Shown here piece after piece: positions 1-13,244 of a stretch of DNA of 64,000 nt; the first letter of the stretch is position 1, and each line of letters opens with the position of its first letter. The translations under genes were made by a program, and so were the position numbers. This stretch comes from Torpedo marmorata. Its lineage: Eukaryota. The notes under the pieces are model-generated. The model was not told where the DNA came from. It did not search any database and was given only the letters and a program-made list of their open reading frames with translations. The DNA lies in NCBI GenBank assembly GCA_977017645.1, contig OZ360223.1, forward strand, positions 200,384,001 through 200,448,000. Direction: 5' to 3'.

Positions 1-382
1 AACAAAAACAACATGGACCGACACAATTTACAAAAGCCAGTCAAGAGATGACAATTTTTCACAAGGTCAGTTATATTGAACTCTTCAAAATACATTCATG
101 GAAAATTACTGCACAAATCAAAGATATTTTTCACTGTCACAGTACTTAGCTCATGACTAAATATTTGAAACATGCATATGCAGTCTTGTGGGGAAAAAAA
201 TAGATATTACCTCCATGTCGAGCAGCATTTCAGTGATGAGGTCAACCAAAAAATTCAATTTATGACATAGTTTCTACCAGTATTTTTACTCAATCTTACT
301 TTGAAATATCTCAGCTTCAAAAAACATTTTGGCAACTTGATATAAGCACGCAGCCAGAAAGCTTTCTCTCTGATAAGAATGA

Positions 383-620
383 GGTGGCACGATGGCGTAG
401 CGGTTAGCGCAACGCCTTTACAGTGCCAGCGATCGGGACCGGGGTTCGAATCCCGCACTGTCTGTAAGGAGTTTGTACATTCTCCCCGTGTCTGCGTGGG
501 TTTTCCCTGGGGGCTCCAGTTTCCTCCCACCGTTCGAAACGTAGGTTAATAGGGTGTAAATTGGGCTGCATGGACTCGTGGGCCGAAATGACCTGTTACC
601 ATGCTGTATGTCTAAAAAAA
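383..620 (+). mobile_element. HE1-like tRNA-derived SINE (V-SINE type) with CR1-derived 3' tail
   Basis: Pol III A box TGGCGTAGCGG and B box GGTTCGAATCCC; conserved core TTCTCCCCGTGTCTGCGTGGGTTTTCC...TTTCCTCCCAC; 3' end GGGCCGAAATGACCTGTTACCATGCTGTA resembles the CR1 tails in this window; ends in an A tract. Confidence 0.88.
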
Positions 621-1104
621 AAGTAATGGCAATGTTTCAATATCCTCGCTGAATAATTCAGATATTAGCATTAATAATCTCTTCACTCTCTCATGGTTCT
701 TTTTACATGATACACATAGGCATCTAAAAACAGCACACTTGTTTCTTTTCATTGGTTCATCTAACAGAGCTGACACATTTCACAGTTAAAAGTTACAGTC
801 TTTCATCATTGTCATGCATGTACTGTACCCTCTTCTCTGTAAAACAAACACATATTGCCTGAACGATATCCAAAACTATAACTATAACTGATCATTTCTG
901 GCTGAGTGACAGAGAAAAATAACTTTCTGGCAATGAACCAAACTTGTTCAGAAGTGAACTAAACATAGCAGAAGAAAACAAAAATGACTGATAAATCACA
1001 ATAGTTCACTCACAAAATATACACCAAAATAAAGAAGCATCTCAGACTTTTAATAGTTGTAAGTAACAATACACATGTTCTCCCAGGAGGCTACTTTCTA
1101 TCCT

Positions 1105-1548
1105 TTTAAATTTAAATTTAGACAAACAGCAAGGTAACAGGCCATTTCGGCCCACGAGTCCGTGCCGCCCAATTTACACCCAATTAACCTACACCCCCGG
1201 TACGTTTCGAACGGTGGGAGGAAACCGAAGCCCCCGGGGAAAACCCACGCAGACACGGGGAGAACGTACAAACTCCTTACAGACAAGCAGTAAAAACACA
1301 AAGCTGGAGAAACTCAGCAGGTCAAGCAGTGTCCTTTATATAGCAACGGTAAAAATACATAACCGACGTTTCGGGCCTGAGCCCTTTAAGGGATTAAGGG
1401 CTCAGGCCCGAAATGTCGGTTATGTATTTTTACCTTTGCTATATAAAGGACACTGCTTGCCTTACAGACAGCGTGGGATTCGAACTCCGGTCCCGATCGC
1501 TGGAGCTGTAAAGGCGTTGCGCTAACCGCTATGCCAACCGTGCCGCCC
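1105..1548 (-). mobile_element. HE1-like SINE interrupted by a Penelope-derived hairpin insertion
   Basis: Reverse-complement copy of the 383-620 SINE with an (AAATTT)n tail. It is split at an 11-bp duplication CCTTACAGACA (1275-1285 / 1460-1470). Confidence 0.88.
1286..1459. mobile_element. Non-autonomous fold-back element derived from the Penelope-like terminal repeat
   Basis: Inverted arms of about 64 bp (1324-1387 vs 1396-1459). The arms match the 3' terminal region of the GIY-YIG-bearing elements at 13245-13779 and 59030-59557. 11-bp TSD. Confidence 0.8.
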
Positions 1549-2429
1549 AATTTATTCATTTAGGTTGTATATCGCTTTGAATCTGGCAACCAGGCCTTGA
1601 GGAGTTATCACAGCAAAAAATCAGCAGATTTGCACATGAAATAGACTATAAAATTGGGAAAAGAATTGCCCACTGATCCATATTAATTGTTTCCATTATC
1701 CAGGTAGCCTCTGAATCTCATTTCATACATTGCCTTGTCCACCAAAGAGAAATGAGTTGTATGCATTTAAAATGATATTAAGATGATAAAACAGTATCAA
1801 TTCATAACTGTTAGAGGAAGATAGACTTTCATGGGCAAGCAGGAAGCATCAACATGGTTTTACTGGTGAAACCTATGCAGAAATAAGTTGCAAAACTAAA
1901 TTGATCTCAGATCCAGAATATTTCACCACTCACAAAGCTTATGGCCTGGAACATCCATATTCTATCACCATCATTAAGCCAGAGAGCCAACTTTGGTTCA
2001 AGTAGATGTATAAAAGGCCATACGAGAAACAGCACTCAGGCATTATAAAAATGAAATGCCAACCTGGCAAAGCTGCAATGCGTGACATACATGAAAACAA
2101 TAAAGTCAACATGCTGTGCAAAACCATGCCAGACAATGGATCAGATAAAAAAAAAATCAGCAGCCATAACCAAATCTAATCATAAATGCTCATTGTAAAG
2201 GTCAAAAACAAGGCAGATACATTTGAGGTTAATGAGCTTAATGCCGTATACACTACAATATACATATGCACCAAAATTCGAACTTGCAGGAGCCAAACAG
2301 ATACTTGTGAAAAAAAAACTACAATAGTAAACTTCATTGAATTAAAACAATAAATACATAAGATATAAAAATATAGATTGATAGCAAGTATTCGCAGTAA
2401 TCCTGAGACAAAAAAGTGACTTATGATAG

Positions 2430-3340
2430 GGCAGACAGTCCCTGATTAGTGAAGCAACGGGAGTTTCAAGAGCCTGAACCTTGATGGTCAGAGAGGAGGA
2501 GGTGATGTTGTCAGTCTGCACTGATTCAGGTCTGCTGATGAGGAAGTCAAGTATCCAGTTGTGGAGGGATGGACAGATTCCGAGGTCCTTTTGCTTGGTT
2601 TTTGGTTTTGCAGGTATGATGGTATTGAACACTGAGCTGCAGTCAATGAACATGGGCGTTCCTGTGGTCCAGGTGATCTCATGCCAGCAAGATGGCGTCT
2701 GCCGTTGACCTGGAGTAGCAATAGGCGAACTGAAGTGGATCCAAGGTCCTCCCTGAGATAGGAGTTGATGCATTCCATAACCATAACTCTCAAAGCACTT
2801 CATCACGGGAGACATCAGTGCTACTGGCCAACAATCGTTGAAGCATGTCACCTTGCTCTTCTTGGGTACCGGAATGACGGATGTCCTTTTGAATCAGATG
2901 GAGATCTCTGACAGTTGCAGCAAGAGGTTGAAAATGTCGACAAAAATTCCAGCAAGTTGGTTCGTGCTGGTTTGAATGACATGGCCAGGTACACCGTCGG
3001 GGCCGGAAGCTTTCCAAGGATTCGCCCTCCTGAAGGTTCTGTTCAGCCTCAGACACTGGGAGCACAGAGCCACCAGGGACTGTGAGGACCTGAGAGGGTT
3101 CTTCATTGTTTTCTTTCAAAATTATCATAGAAGCCATTGAGCTCATCCGGAAAAGATGTATTGCAATTGACGATACTGCTTTGCTTCGTCTGAGGATGTA
3201 ATGGCGTGCAAGCCCTACCACTATGTTCACCGTCTGTCTAAGACTCCAACTTGGTCTGGAATTGTCTCTTTGCATGGGCAATAGCCTTCCAAGAGTGTAC
3301 CTCTTTCTGAATGATTCTGAATCTCCTGACCTAAACACCA
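2430..3340 (-). mobile_element. Degraded Rex1/Babar-clade LINE fragment (RT)
   Basis: Frameshifted RT peptides NPWKASGPDGVPG, NDCWPVALMSPVMKCFE, FIDCSSVFNTIIP and HNWILDFL; homologous to the 54310-56049 element. Confidence 0.8.
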
Positions 3341-3704
3341 CAGCAGTTTGTGGATCTTAAGTTTATCCATGACTGCTGATTAGCAAACACCCGGATAATC
3401 TTCAAAGGAACATGCATCATTTGGAGTCATCTACAGCCAGAAGTACTAAGAAGGCAGTCCATCTCAGTTTCCTGCACTGTCTCGAGGCATTAACCATCAA
3501 TAATCTGTTCATCACTGTTAGATTTGGTCAATGCGTGCCAACTAATTGACATAAATTTATCATCCCAATTGCCAATCCACATCTGAATGCTACTCATGTC
3601 TCATACAGGTTACAGTATACAATGCATAGCAGGACCACAAGGAGCATTGATGTACAGAGGGATCTTGGGATGCATCCATATCTCTCTGAAAGTGGCAACA
3701 CAGG

Positions 3705-5395
3705 TTTAGAATCATAGAGTTAAACAGCATAGAAACAGACTCTTCAGCCCAACTTGTCCATGCCGATCAAGTTGCCTACCTGAGCTAGTCCCATGTGTCT
3801 GCATTTGGCCTGTATCTCTCAAAACCTTTCCTATCCACCTTCCTGCCTGTGAATCTTTTCAATCCACCTCAACCACTTTCTCTAGCAACTTGTTCCACAT
3901 CCTACCACCTCCTTTGTGAAAATGTTGACTCTCAGCACCGCAAAAAGTCTTTCCACTCTCCACTCTCACCCGAAATCCATGCCCTCAAGTTTTATACTTC
4001 CCTCCCCTGGGAGAGAAAAAGTGCCATTCTACCTTGTATATCCCCTTCATGAGCCGAGACACCTCTTTTAAGGTCAGCCCTCAGCTTCTTACATGCCAGG
4101 AAAAAAGAAAGCTTCAACCTGTCTCATTTCTCATAGATCAATACAGCACATTATAGGCCCTTCAGCCCACAGTTGTGACGACCCATTTAATTCCTTATAG
4201 CTCAAGCCCTCCAGTCCCAGTAACATCCTTGTGAACCTTTTCTAGCTTAACAACATCCTTCCTATAACAAGGCAACCAGAACTACACATAATACTCCAAA
4301 TGTGCTCTCACCAACCTCACGTACAATTGTAACATGACATCCCAACTCTTGTACTCCATGCCCTGACCAATGAAGGCAGGCATGTCAAATGCGTTTGTCA
4401 CCACCCTGTCAATCGGCATCACCACTTTCATATACCTGTGCACTCCAGGACCCTGCCATTTTCTCGGCAAGTTCTGCCCCGGTCTAACTTGTCAAAATGC
4501 AACATCTCACACTTGGCCAAGTTAAATTCCATCTTCCATCCCTTGGATAATTTTCCCAAATGATTCAGATCCCATTGTCATCTCAGGTAACCTTCTTCAC
4601 TGTCCACTATACCACCAATTTTGGTGTCATTAACACACTTACTAACCACACCAACGGCATTCTCATCCAAATCATACACCAATCCCTGTAGCACTCCACT
4701 GGTCACAGGTTTCCAATCTGAAAAACAACCCTCTACTTCCACATTCAGACTCCTTCCACCAAGCCAATTTTATACCCAATTGTCTAGTTCATTCTGGATC
4801 TCATGGGATCTAACGTTCCAGACCAGCTTTCCACAAGTGGCAGCTTGTCAAAACACAGAAATGCTGGAGGAACTCAGCAGGTCTTGCTGCGTCCATAGGT
4901 GGTAAAGATGTATAACCAATTTTTCGGGCCTTGTCAACGGCCTTGCTAAATTCCATGTTGACCATCTACATCATCTTGCCCTCATCAATCCTCTTGGTCA
5001 TTCTTCAGAAAACTCAAAGTTTGTATGGCACAGAGGTCGACACATACTATCTCTAATCAGTCCTTGCCTTTCCAAATGTAGGTAGATCCCGTCTCTAAGA
5101 ATCTCTCCAGTAACTTTCCCACCACTGGTGTGAGGCTCACCAGCTTGTCCTTGCAGATCTTTTTAAATAAAAGTCACAACATTAGCCACCCTCCAGTCTT
5201 TTATCCCTCATCTTTGGCACATGATGAAACAAACATCACTGCCAGTGCTCCAGCAGTTTCTTCCCAGATTTCCCACAATGTCATAGGATATGCTTGGTCA
5301 GGACCTGGAGATTTATTCACGCTTACGCATTTTCAGAGGGCTCGTACCTTCTCTTTCATAATGCCGATACATTTCAAAACATCACAATTTTTCTC
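3705..5395 (-). mobile_element. Old degraded CR1 LINE (with nested short fragments)
   Basis: Peptide ...GMEYKSWDVMLQLYVRLVRAHLEYYV (CR1 ORF2 C-terminal region); CR1-like 3' tail near 3705-3750; Penelope-type insert at 4852-4929. Confidence 0.75.
4852..4929 (-). mobile_element. Short Penelope-type terminal fragment
   Basis: Sequence AACACAGAAATGCTGGAGGAACTCAGCAGG...TTTTCGGGC, flanked by the direct repeat CTTGTCAA (4844-4851 / 4930-4937). Confidence 0.65.
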
Positions 5396-5610
5396 TAATT
5401 GCCAGTATAAATATAAAAAAAATAATCGCACAGAACCTGTTATCTTCAACAGGATACGTTATTTCTAAATATTTCATGAAATCTTAACTCGTTATTTATA
5501 AACAAGGATGGTGATAGGAAAAAAAGTAATTACATCTGCCTTGCTCCCTCAATAATTATTTTTTTATGGGGTGTACCCATCCTGTTGACAATACCTTTCA
5601 ATGCTCGAGT

Positions 5611-7850
5611 CCATAGGAACCATAGAACCAGAGAACATTACAGCACAGTAAACAGTCTGTGCCAAACTATTATTCTGCCTAGTCCCACTGACCTGCACCT
5701 AGTCCATATCTCTCCATGCCCGTCTCATCTATGTACCTGTCTAAATTTTTCTTAAATGTTAAAATTGAGACCCCATTCATCACTTCAGCTGGCAGCTCGT
5801 TCCATACTCCCACCACTCTCTGTGTGAAGAAGTTCCCTCTAATGATTCCCCTAAACCTTTCCCCTTTCACCCTAACACATGTCCACTGGTTTGTATCTCA
5901 CCTACCCTCAGTGGAAAAAGCCAACTTGCATTTACTCAATCTTTTCCCATTATAATTTTGTATATCTCTGTCAAATCTCCCCTCATTCTTCAACACTCCA
6001 CAGAATAAAGTCCGAACCTGTTTAACCTTTCTCTGTAACTCAGTTCCTCAAGTCCCAGCAACATCCTAGTAAATCTTCTCTGCACTCTTTCAATCTTATT
6101 GATATCTTTCCTGCAGTTATGTGACCACAACTGCAAACAATACTCCAAATTTGGCCTCACCAATGTCTTATACAACTTTACCACAGCAACCCAACACTGA
6201 CACTCAACGTGCCAAAAGCTCTCTTTTTGACCCTATCTACCTGTGACACCACCTTCAGGGAATTTTCCCAGATCCCTCTGTTCCACTGCATGCATCAGTG
6301 TCTGTGTATGTCCTTTCTTGTTTTGTCCTTCCAAAATGCAACACCTCACACCTGTTTGCATTAAATTTCATCTGCCATTTTTCAGACCATTTTTCCAGCT
6401 GGTCCGGATCCCTCTGCAAGCTTTGAAAGCCTTCCTCGCTGTCCACTATACCTCCCCTCTTTGTGTCATCTGCGAATTTGCTGATCCAATTTACCACATT
6501 ATCATCCAGATCATAGATATACATGACAAACAACAATGGACCCAGCACCGATCCTTGAGGCACACCACTAGTCACAGGACTCCAGTCAGAGAGGCATTCA
6601 TCCACTACCACTCTCTGGCTTCTCCCATAAAGCCAATGTAGAATCCAGTTTACTACCTCATCATGAATACGAAGCAACTGAGCCTTCCTGACTAACCTCC
6701 CATGTGGGACCTTGTCAAAGGCCTTACTAAAGTCAATGTAGACGACATCCACAGCCTTTCTTTCATCAACTTTCCTGGTAACCTCCTCAAAAAACTTAAA
6801 GATTGGTTAAACACGACCTACCACAAACAAAGCCGTTAACTACCCCTAATCAGTCCCTGGTTGTCCAAATATTTGTATATCCAATCTCTTTTAACACCTT
6901 CCAATAACTTACCTTCTACTGACATCAGGCTCATCGGCCTATAATTTCCTGGGTTATTTTTGGAGCATTTTTTAAACAACGGAACAATATGAGCTACTCT
7001 CAAATCCTATGGCACCTCATCTCTGGCTAAGGACATTTAAAATACATCTGCCAGCCCCCTGCAATTTCTGCATTAGCCTCCCTCAAGGTCCAAGGGAATA
7101 CCTTGTCAGGCCCTGGGGATTTATCCACCTTTATTTGCTTTAAGACAGCAAGCACCTCCTCCTCTTTAATCTGTATTGGTTTCATGACCTTACTTCCCTA
7201 GAATCTGTGCCAATTTCCTGAGTAAATACAGATGCAAAAAAAAAACATTTAAGATCTCCCCCATCTCTTCTGGATCCATACATAGGCAACCACTCTGATC
7301 TTCAAGAGCACCAATTTTGTCCTTTACTATCCTTTTGCTCTTAATATACCTGTAGAAGCCCATAGGATTTTCCTTGTCTGCCAAGGGAACCTCATGTCTT
7401 CTTTTAGCCCTCCTGATTTCCCTCTGAAGTTTTGTTCCTGCATTTTTTATACTCAAGTACCTCATGTATTCCTTGTTGCCTGTACCTGTTATACATCTCT
7501 CTTCTTCTTAACCAGATCCCCAATATCCCTCGAAAACCAAGGTTCCGTATGCCTATTAACTTTGTCTTCAATCCTTACAGGAACATAGATACTCTGTACT
7601 CTCAAAATTTCACCTTTGAAAGCCTTCCACTTACCGAACACATACTTGCCAGAAAACAACCTGTCCCAATCCACGCTATCTGGATCCTTTCTCATTTCCT
7701 CAAAATTGGCCTCTCTCCAATTTCGAATCTCAACCCAAGGACCAGACCTATCCTTATCTATAATTATCTTGAAACTAATGGCATTATGATCATTGGACCC
7801 AAAGTGCCCCTACACATACTTCTATCACCTGTCCTCTCTCGTTCCCTAAT
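5611..7850 (-). mobile_element. CR1 (HER1-like) LINE, 5'-truncated, frameshifted
   Basis: RT motifs DFSKAFDKVPH, SGVPQGSVLGPLLF and KFADDTK (ORF 6255-6752); C-terminal NFFTQRVVGVWNELP; (CCATAGAA)n-type tail at 5611-5640. Confidence 0.92.
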
Positions 7851-10800
7851 GGGAGGGAAACCATAGCACATGTAACAATGCAACAATATTTTACTTCAAG
7901 CTTGAATATCATTTTAAGAACATCTTTGCTTAATTTCACAAGTAAAAATTTGTCATGGTACTTTTTCCCATTAATGTGGAAAAACATTAAAACAAAAATG
8001 ACAGCTTACTTTGCAGATGATCTTCGTTTAATTTTCTTTCATTCTCTATCCCCAGGCCCAATGTGCATTTCCTGAGTTTCGCCTGCATACACGCCTTTGC
8101 TGCTCGTGAACCACCTGCTAGCAAATGCCCAAAGGGTTCACAATGATTTATGCCACCTGTCTCTGCATTGTGGACTCCCCATCGTGTCCAATGGAGCAGT
8201 GCAAATTCTGGAGGCTTCACAGCACTCATACTTAGAAATATCTGCACACAGAGCCTACGCTGCTGAACTTGATACAAATATAGCAGTCTCACTAAAATGA
8301 ATACGAGGAACCAGCTATCAAAAGAAGTGCAACTGACTATTTTACTTCCTTCAATTGTATTTATTTAAAAGTATTAATTGGTTTTAAGTGTTTTTTTTAA
8401 AAAGCATTTTAGTTGTTTTTTTTTTTTTACAGTGGATTTTTAAAAATTAATCTTCATTATATATGGGCGTTTTTCTACATGCACTCATCAAGAATATTCA
8501 CAAACTTTTCATTTTTGTTATCACTTTGCTTCGGAGTAATCTCAACTGGCTGCAAAGGCCATTCCCTGGGTGCTGTTGGCCAATTAAAATGAGAGGGGTC
8601 CTGAGCTGCACCATACTCCATAAGACCACATCATTGTACTGAAAGCCAACATTCCAGCAGAAAACTGCGGCAAGGATCAGAATAGAAGTAAATAGCATGG
8701 TCAAACACAGGTACCAACACAGGCAGTAGACAATCAGCCTCCTGATGTTTAACTTAAGGAACAATCAGCCAAGCCAAAGAAGTGCTCTTGTATGTCCATA
8801 TGCCAGCAAGAAGAAAACTAATTTTACAGAATATAACCCTTTTTAATCAGAGTATTAATCAATTTCTATCAAGAGACAGTGGGAGGAGACATCAAACGCA
8901 CTGGAAACTGCAGAATAAACTTTTCTTTGGATTATATTACAAAATAAAATTGGTAGAAATTATTTTAAGCATCATAGTCTCCAAAAAAGAACCTCATTTT
9001 AATTTCTTTTTTTTTTTTTTAATTTAGTAATTTATTCATTATAAAAATGTATTTTTCCATATTTTATAACGTGTGCATATTTTAAAATATAATTCATCAC
9101 CCTTGATAACAGGTACACAAAAAGCTACTTCTTTCAGGAGTTGAGGAGTGCATGTCAATTGCATTTCATACATTTTTGGTGTATTAAATAGGCATTATAT
9201 TTTGCCCTACTGCAAAACTGGGTGTCACAAAAATTTTTTAGGACAAATCAACTTGAAAGACAAAATACTACTGGTGACTTACAGTTTCAGAGAGGTAGCG
9301 TTCCTAAAAAACAACCACATCACAATTTTCTGTAACACAAACCACATTTTCGCATTGAACCCACTATTATGTGAAGATGCAGTCCTACTGGATGCTATTT
9401 CTCTCATATTAAGCCATTTTCGAAACAAATTGACCCACGGTAGTTACTTAACAGATAAGGCTCGTGTGAAAGTAATTTTGTTACATTCTACTTTACATCA
9501 CTCAGTACTGTGGGGGCAATAAGATTTGGATATGATGTCACAGGACCGATTGTGTTGATAGTCACAGGTGAGTCCCTCCTTTGCCATGCCCTCTCAAATC
9601 CAAGGACATGTGAAAAGACATCTCAGAGTGCAGCACTGACATGCTATTCATCGGAGAGGCATTTTCTCTGACATGCAAAATGCATGAATTAGAAGAGAGT
9701 TCAGGAAATGGGGATGTCAAGGAAAGTAATGGTACTCAAGAATAGGGTTCAAGGGAGAAAAGGTAGTGTCAGATGAATCAGGGGGTAATGGGTTTTTAAG
9801 TACAGTAACTTAGTGGAAGTAGCGAAAGAGCAAAGGATTACTTTAAGGAACCAGTATAACAGCTGGCCACAGCCAGTGTTACCCCACAATGCAACAACTC
9901 AGAGAAAACATCTTGCAGGTGAAGAGCATGGCAGCACTACATTAGATGGACTTGACTGTAACTGTCAACCCAATTGATTTCAGATTTATTATGAGTATAT
10001 ACATAGCATTATATACAACTCTGAGATTCTTTCTCTGCGGGCGAGGCAGAATTACCACTTATTGGTAGTGCAAAAAATGGTACACATCGTATACATGTAA
10101 ACAAATAAAGAACTGTAAACAGATAATGAATGTAAACAAACTGACTGTGCAATACAGAGAGAATTAAAAAAAATCAATAAAGTGCACAAATAAGAGTCCT
10201 TAAATGAGTCCCTGATTGAGTTTGTTGTTGAGGAGTCTGATGGTGGAGGGGTAGCAGCTGTTCCTGAACCTGGTGGAGCGAGTCTTGTGGCACCAATACC
10301 TCTTTCCTGATGGCAGCAGCGAGAACAAAGCGTGTGCTGGGTGGGGAGGATCCTTGATGATTGCTGCTGCTCTCCGATGTCAGCGTTCCCTGTAGATGTT
10401 CTCGATGGTGGGGAGAGTTTTAGCCGTGATGTCCTGGGCTGTGTCCACCTTTTGGAGGGCTTTATGCTCAGGGGTATTGATGTCCCTTTACCAGACCGTG
10501 ATGCAGCTAGTCAGCACACTTTCCATCACACATCTGCAGAAATTTGTCAGGGTTTCTGGTGTCATACCAAACCTCCGCAAACTCCTGAGGAAGTAGAGAC
10601 ACTGACGTGCTTTCTTCACGATGCCATTAGTGTGTTGGGTCCAGGAAAGATCCTCCGATAGTGACTCCCAAGAACTTAAATTTGCTCACCCTCTTCACCT
10701 CTGATTCCCCCCAATGATCACTGGATTGCATACCTCTGGCTTTCCCTTAATGAAGTCAACAATCAGCGCCTTAGTTTTGGTGACATTAAGTGCAAGGTTG

Positions 10801-11038
10801 TTGTTGGCGCACCATTTGGCCAAGTTTTCAATCTCCCTCCTGTATGCTGACTCATCACCTTTCTTTATACAACCCACTACCATGGTATCGTCAGCAAATT
10901 TGTAGATGGCGTTATTGTCGTACCGAGCCACACAGTTGTAGGTGTAAAGTGAGTAGAGCAGGGGGCTAAGAAACGCAGCCCTGTGGTGCTCCAGTACTGA
11001 TGGAGATTGTGGAGGAGATGTTCTTACCAATCCTCACT

Positions 11039-13084
11039 AAGGGGAGTATGCGGCTACCGTGGCTGACAAGGGAAGTCAAGGACAGTATAAAAATAAAAGA
11101 GAAGTATAACACAGCAAGGAAGAGCGGGAAGCCAGAGGATTGGGAAACTTTTAAAGAGCAACAAAAGATAACTAAAAAGGCAATACGGGGAGAAAAGATG
11201 AGGTACGAAGGTAGGCTTGCCAAGAATATAAAGGAGGATAATAAAAGCTTCTTTTGGTATGTGAAGAGGAAAAAATTCGTTAAGATCAAAGTTGGGCCCT
11301 TGAAGACAGAAACGGGTGAAATTATTAAGGGGAACAAGGAAATGGCAGAAGAGTTGAACAGGTACTTTGGATCTGTCTCACTAAGGAAGACACAAACAAC
11401 CTCCCAGATGTAATAGTGGACAGAGGACCTAGGGTAATGGAGGAACTGAAGGAAATTCACATTAGGCATAAAATGGTGTTGGGTAGATTAATGGGTCTGA
11501 AGGTTGATAAATCCCCAGGACCTGATGGTCTGCATCCCAGGGTACTTAAGGAGGTGGCTCTAGAAATCGTGGACACATTGGTAATCATTTTCCAATGTTC
11601 TATAGATTCAGGATCAGTTCCTGCAGATCGGAGGGAAGCTAATGTTATCCCTCTTTTTAAAGGAAGGAGGGAGAGAGAAAACAGGGAATTGTAGACCAGT
11701 TAGCCTGACATCAGTGGTGGGGAAGATGCTGGAGTCAATTATAAAAGATGAAATAGCGGCATATTTGGATAGGAGTAACAGGATCGGACCGAGTCAGCAT
11801 GGATTTACGAAGGGGAAATCATGCTTGACTAATCTTCTGGAATTTTTTGAGGATGTAACTAGGAAAATGGACAAGGGAGAGCCAGTTGATGTAGTGTACC
11901 TGGACTTTCAGAAAGCCTTTGATAAGGTCCCACAGAGGAGATTAGTGGGCAAAATTAGAGCACATGGTATTGGGGGTAGGGAACTGACATGGATAGAAAA
12001 TTGGTTGGAAGACAGGAAACAAAGAGTAGGGATAAACGGGACCCTTTCAGAATGGCAGGCAGTGACTAGTGGGGTACCGCAAGGCTCGGTGCTGGGACCG
12101 CAGCTGTTTACAATATACATTAATGATTTAGATGAAGGGATTAAAAGTAACATTAGCAAATTTGCAGATGACACGAAGCTGGGTGGCAGTGTGAAATGTG
12201 AGGAGGACGTTATGAGAATGCAGGGGGACTTGGACAGGTTGGGTGAGTGGGCAGATGCATGGCAGATGCAGTTTAATGTGGATAAATGTGAGGTTATCCA
12301 CTTTGGTGGCAAGAACAGGGAAGCGGATTATTATCTGAATGGTGTCAAGTTAAGAAAAGGGGAAGTACAACGAGATCTAGGTGTCCTTGTTCATCAGTCA
12401 CTGAAAGTAAGCATGCAGGTACAGCAGGCAGTGAAGAAGGCTAATGGCATGTTGGCCTTCATAACAAGGGAAGTTGAGTATAGGAGCAGGGAGGTCCTTC
12501 TGCAGTTATACAGGGCCCAAGTGAGACCACACCTGGAGTATTGTGTGCAGTTTTGGTCTCCAGGTTTGAGGAAAGATATTCTTGCTATTGAGGGAGTGCA
12601 GCGTAGGTTCACGAGGTTGATTCCCGGGATGGCGGGTCTGTCATATGTAGAAAGATTGGAGTGGTTGGACTTGTATACACTGGAATTTAGAAGGATGAGA
12701 GGGGATCAGAATGAAACATATATGATTATTAAGGGATTGGACACACTAGAGGCAGTAAACATGTACCCGATGTTGGGAGAGTTGAGAACCAGAGGCCACA
12801 GTTTAAGAATAAGGGGTAGGCCATTTAGAACGGAGTTGAGAAAAAACTTTTTCACCCAGAGAGTTGTGGATCTGTGGAATGCTCTGCCTCAGAAGGCAGT
12901 GGAGGCCAATTCTCTGGATGCTTTCAAGAAAGAGTTAAATAGAGCTCTTAAGGATAGCAGAGTCAAGGGATATGGGGAGAAGGCAGGAACGGGGTACTGA
13001 TAGTGGATGATCAGCCATTATCACAATGAATGGCAGTGCTGGCTCGAAGGGCCGAATGGCCTACCCCTGCACCTATTGTCTTAT
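11039..13084 (+). mobile_element. CR1 LINE (5'-truncated) nested in the Rex1 element
   Basis: ORF 11642-13000 (452 aa) with QHGF, DFQKAFDKVP, GVPQGSVLGP and FADD; upstream frameshifted ORFs 11000-11694; (TATTGTC)n tail; no clear TSD. Confidence 0.93.
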
Positions 13085-13244
13085 TGTGGTCTGGAGGTGA
13101 GGAAATCCATGATCCAATTACACAGTGGGGTGTTGAGTCCCAGGTCTTGGAGTTTGCTGATCAGTCTTGAGGGAATGATGGTGTTAAATGCTGAACTGTA
13201 GTCGATAAAGAGCATACTGATGAATGCATCTTTACTGTCCAGGT

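Noticed and set aside
232-373. Possible C/D box snoRNA (GTGATGA...CTGA) on the plus strand
   Set aside because: No convincing terminal stem or recognisable rRNA guide, and it is antisense to the inferred host transcript.
386-460. tRNA-like sequence with A and B boxes
   Set aside because: It is the head of a SINE, continuing into the SINE core and CR1-like tail, with three copies in the window; it has no proper cloverleaf.
828-835. Minus-strand ...TGTTTGTTTTACAG AGAAGAGG GTACAG, resembling the RRG codons of the next MAST exon
   Set aside because: Only 8 nt, lacks the KELSLP codons and has a weak donor; likely chance.
7987-8292. 101-aa minus-strand ORF in unique sequence crossing a GTAAGC donor at 8009
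   Set aside because: No recognisable homology; the donor would be phase 1 in this frame, incompatible with the expected MAST acceptor exons. It may be non-coding regulatory sequence, but that is unsupported.
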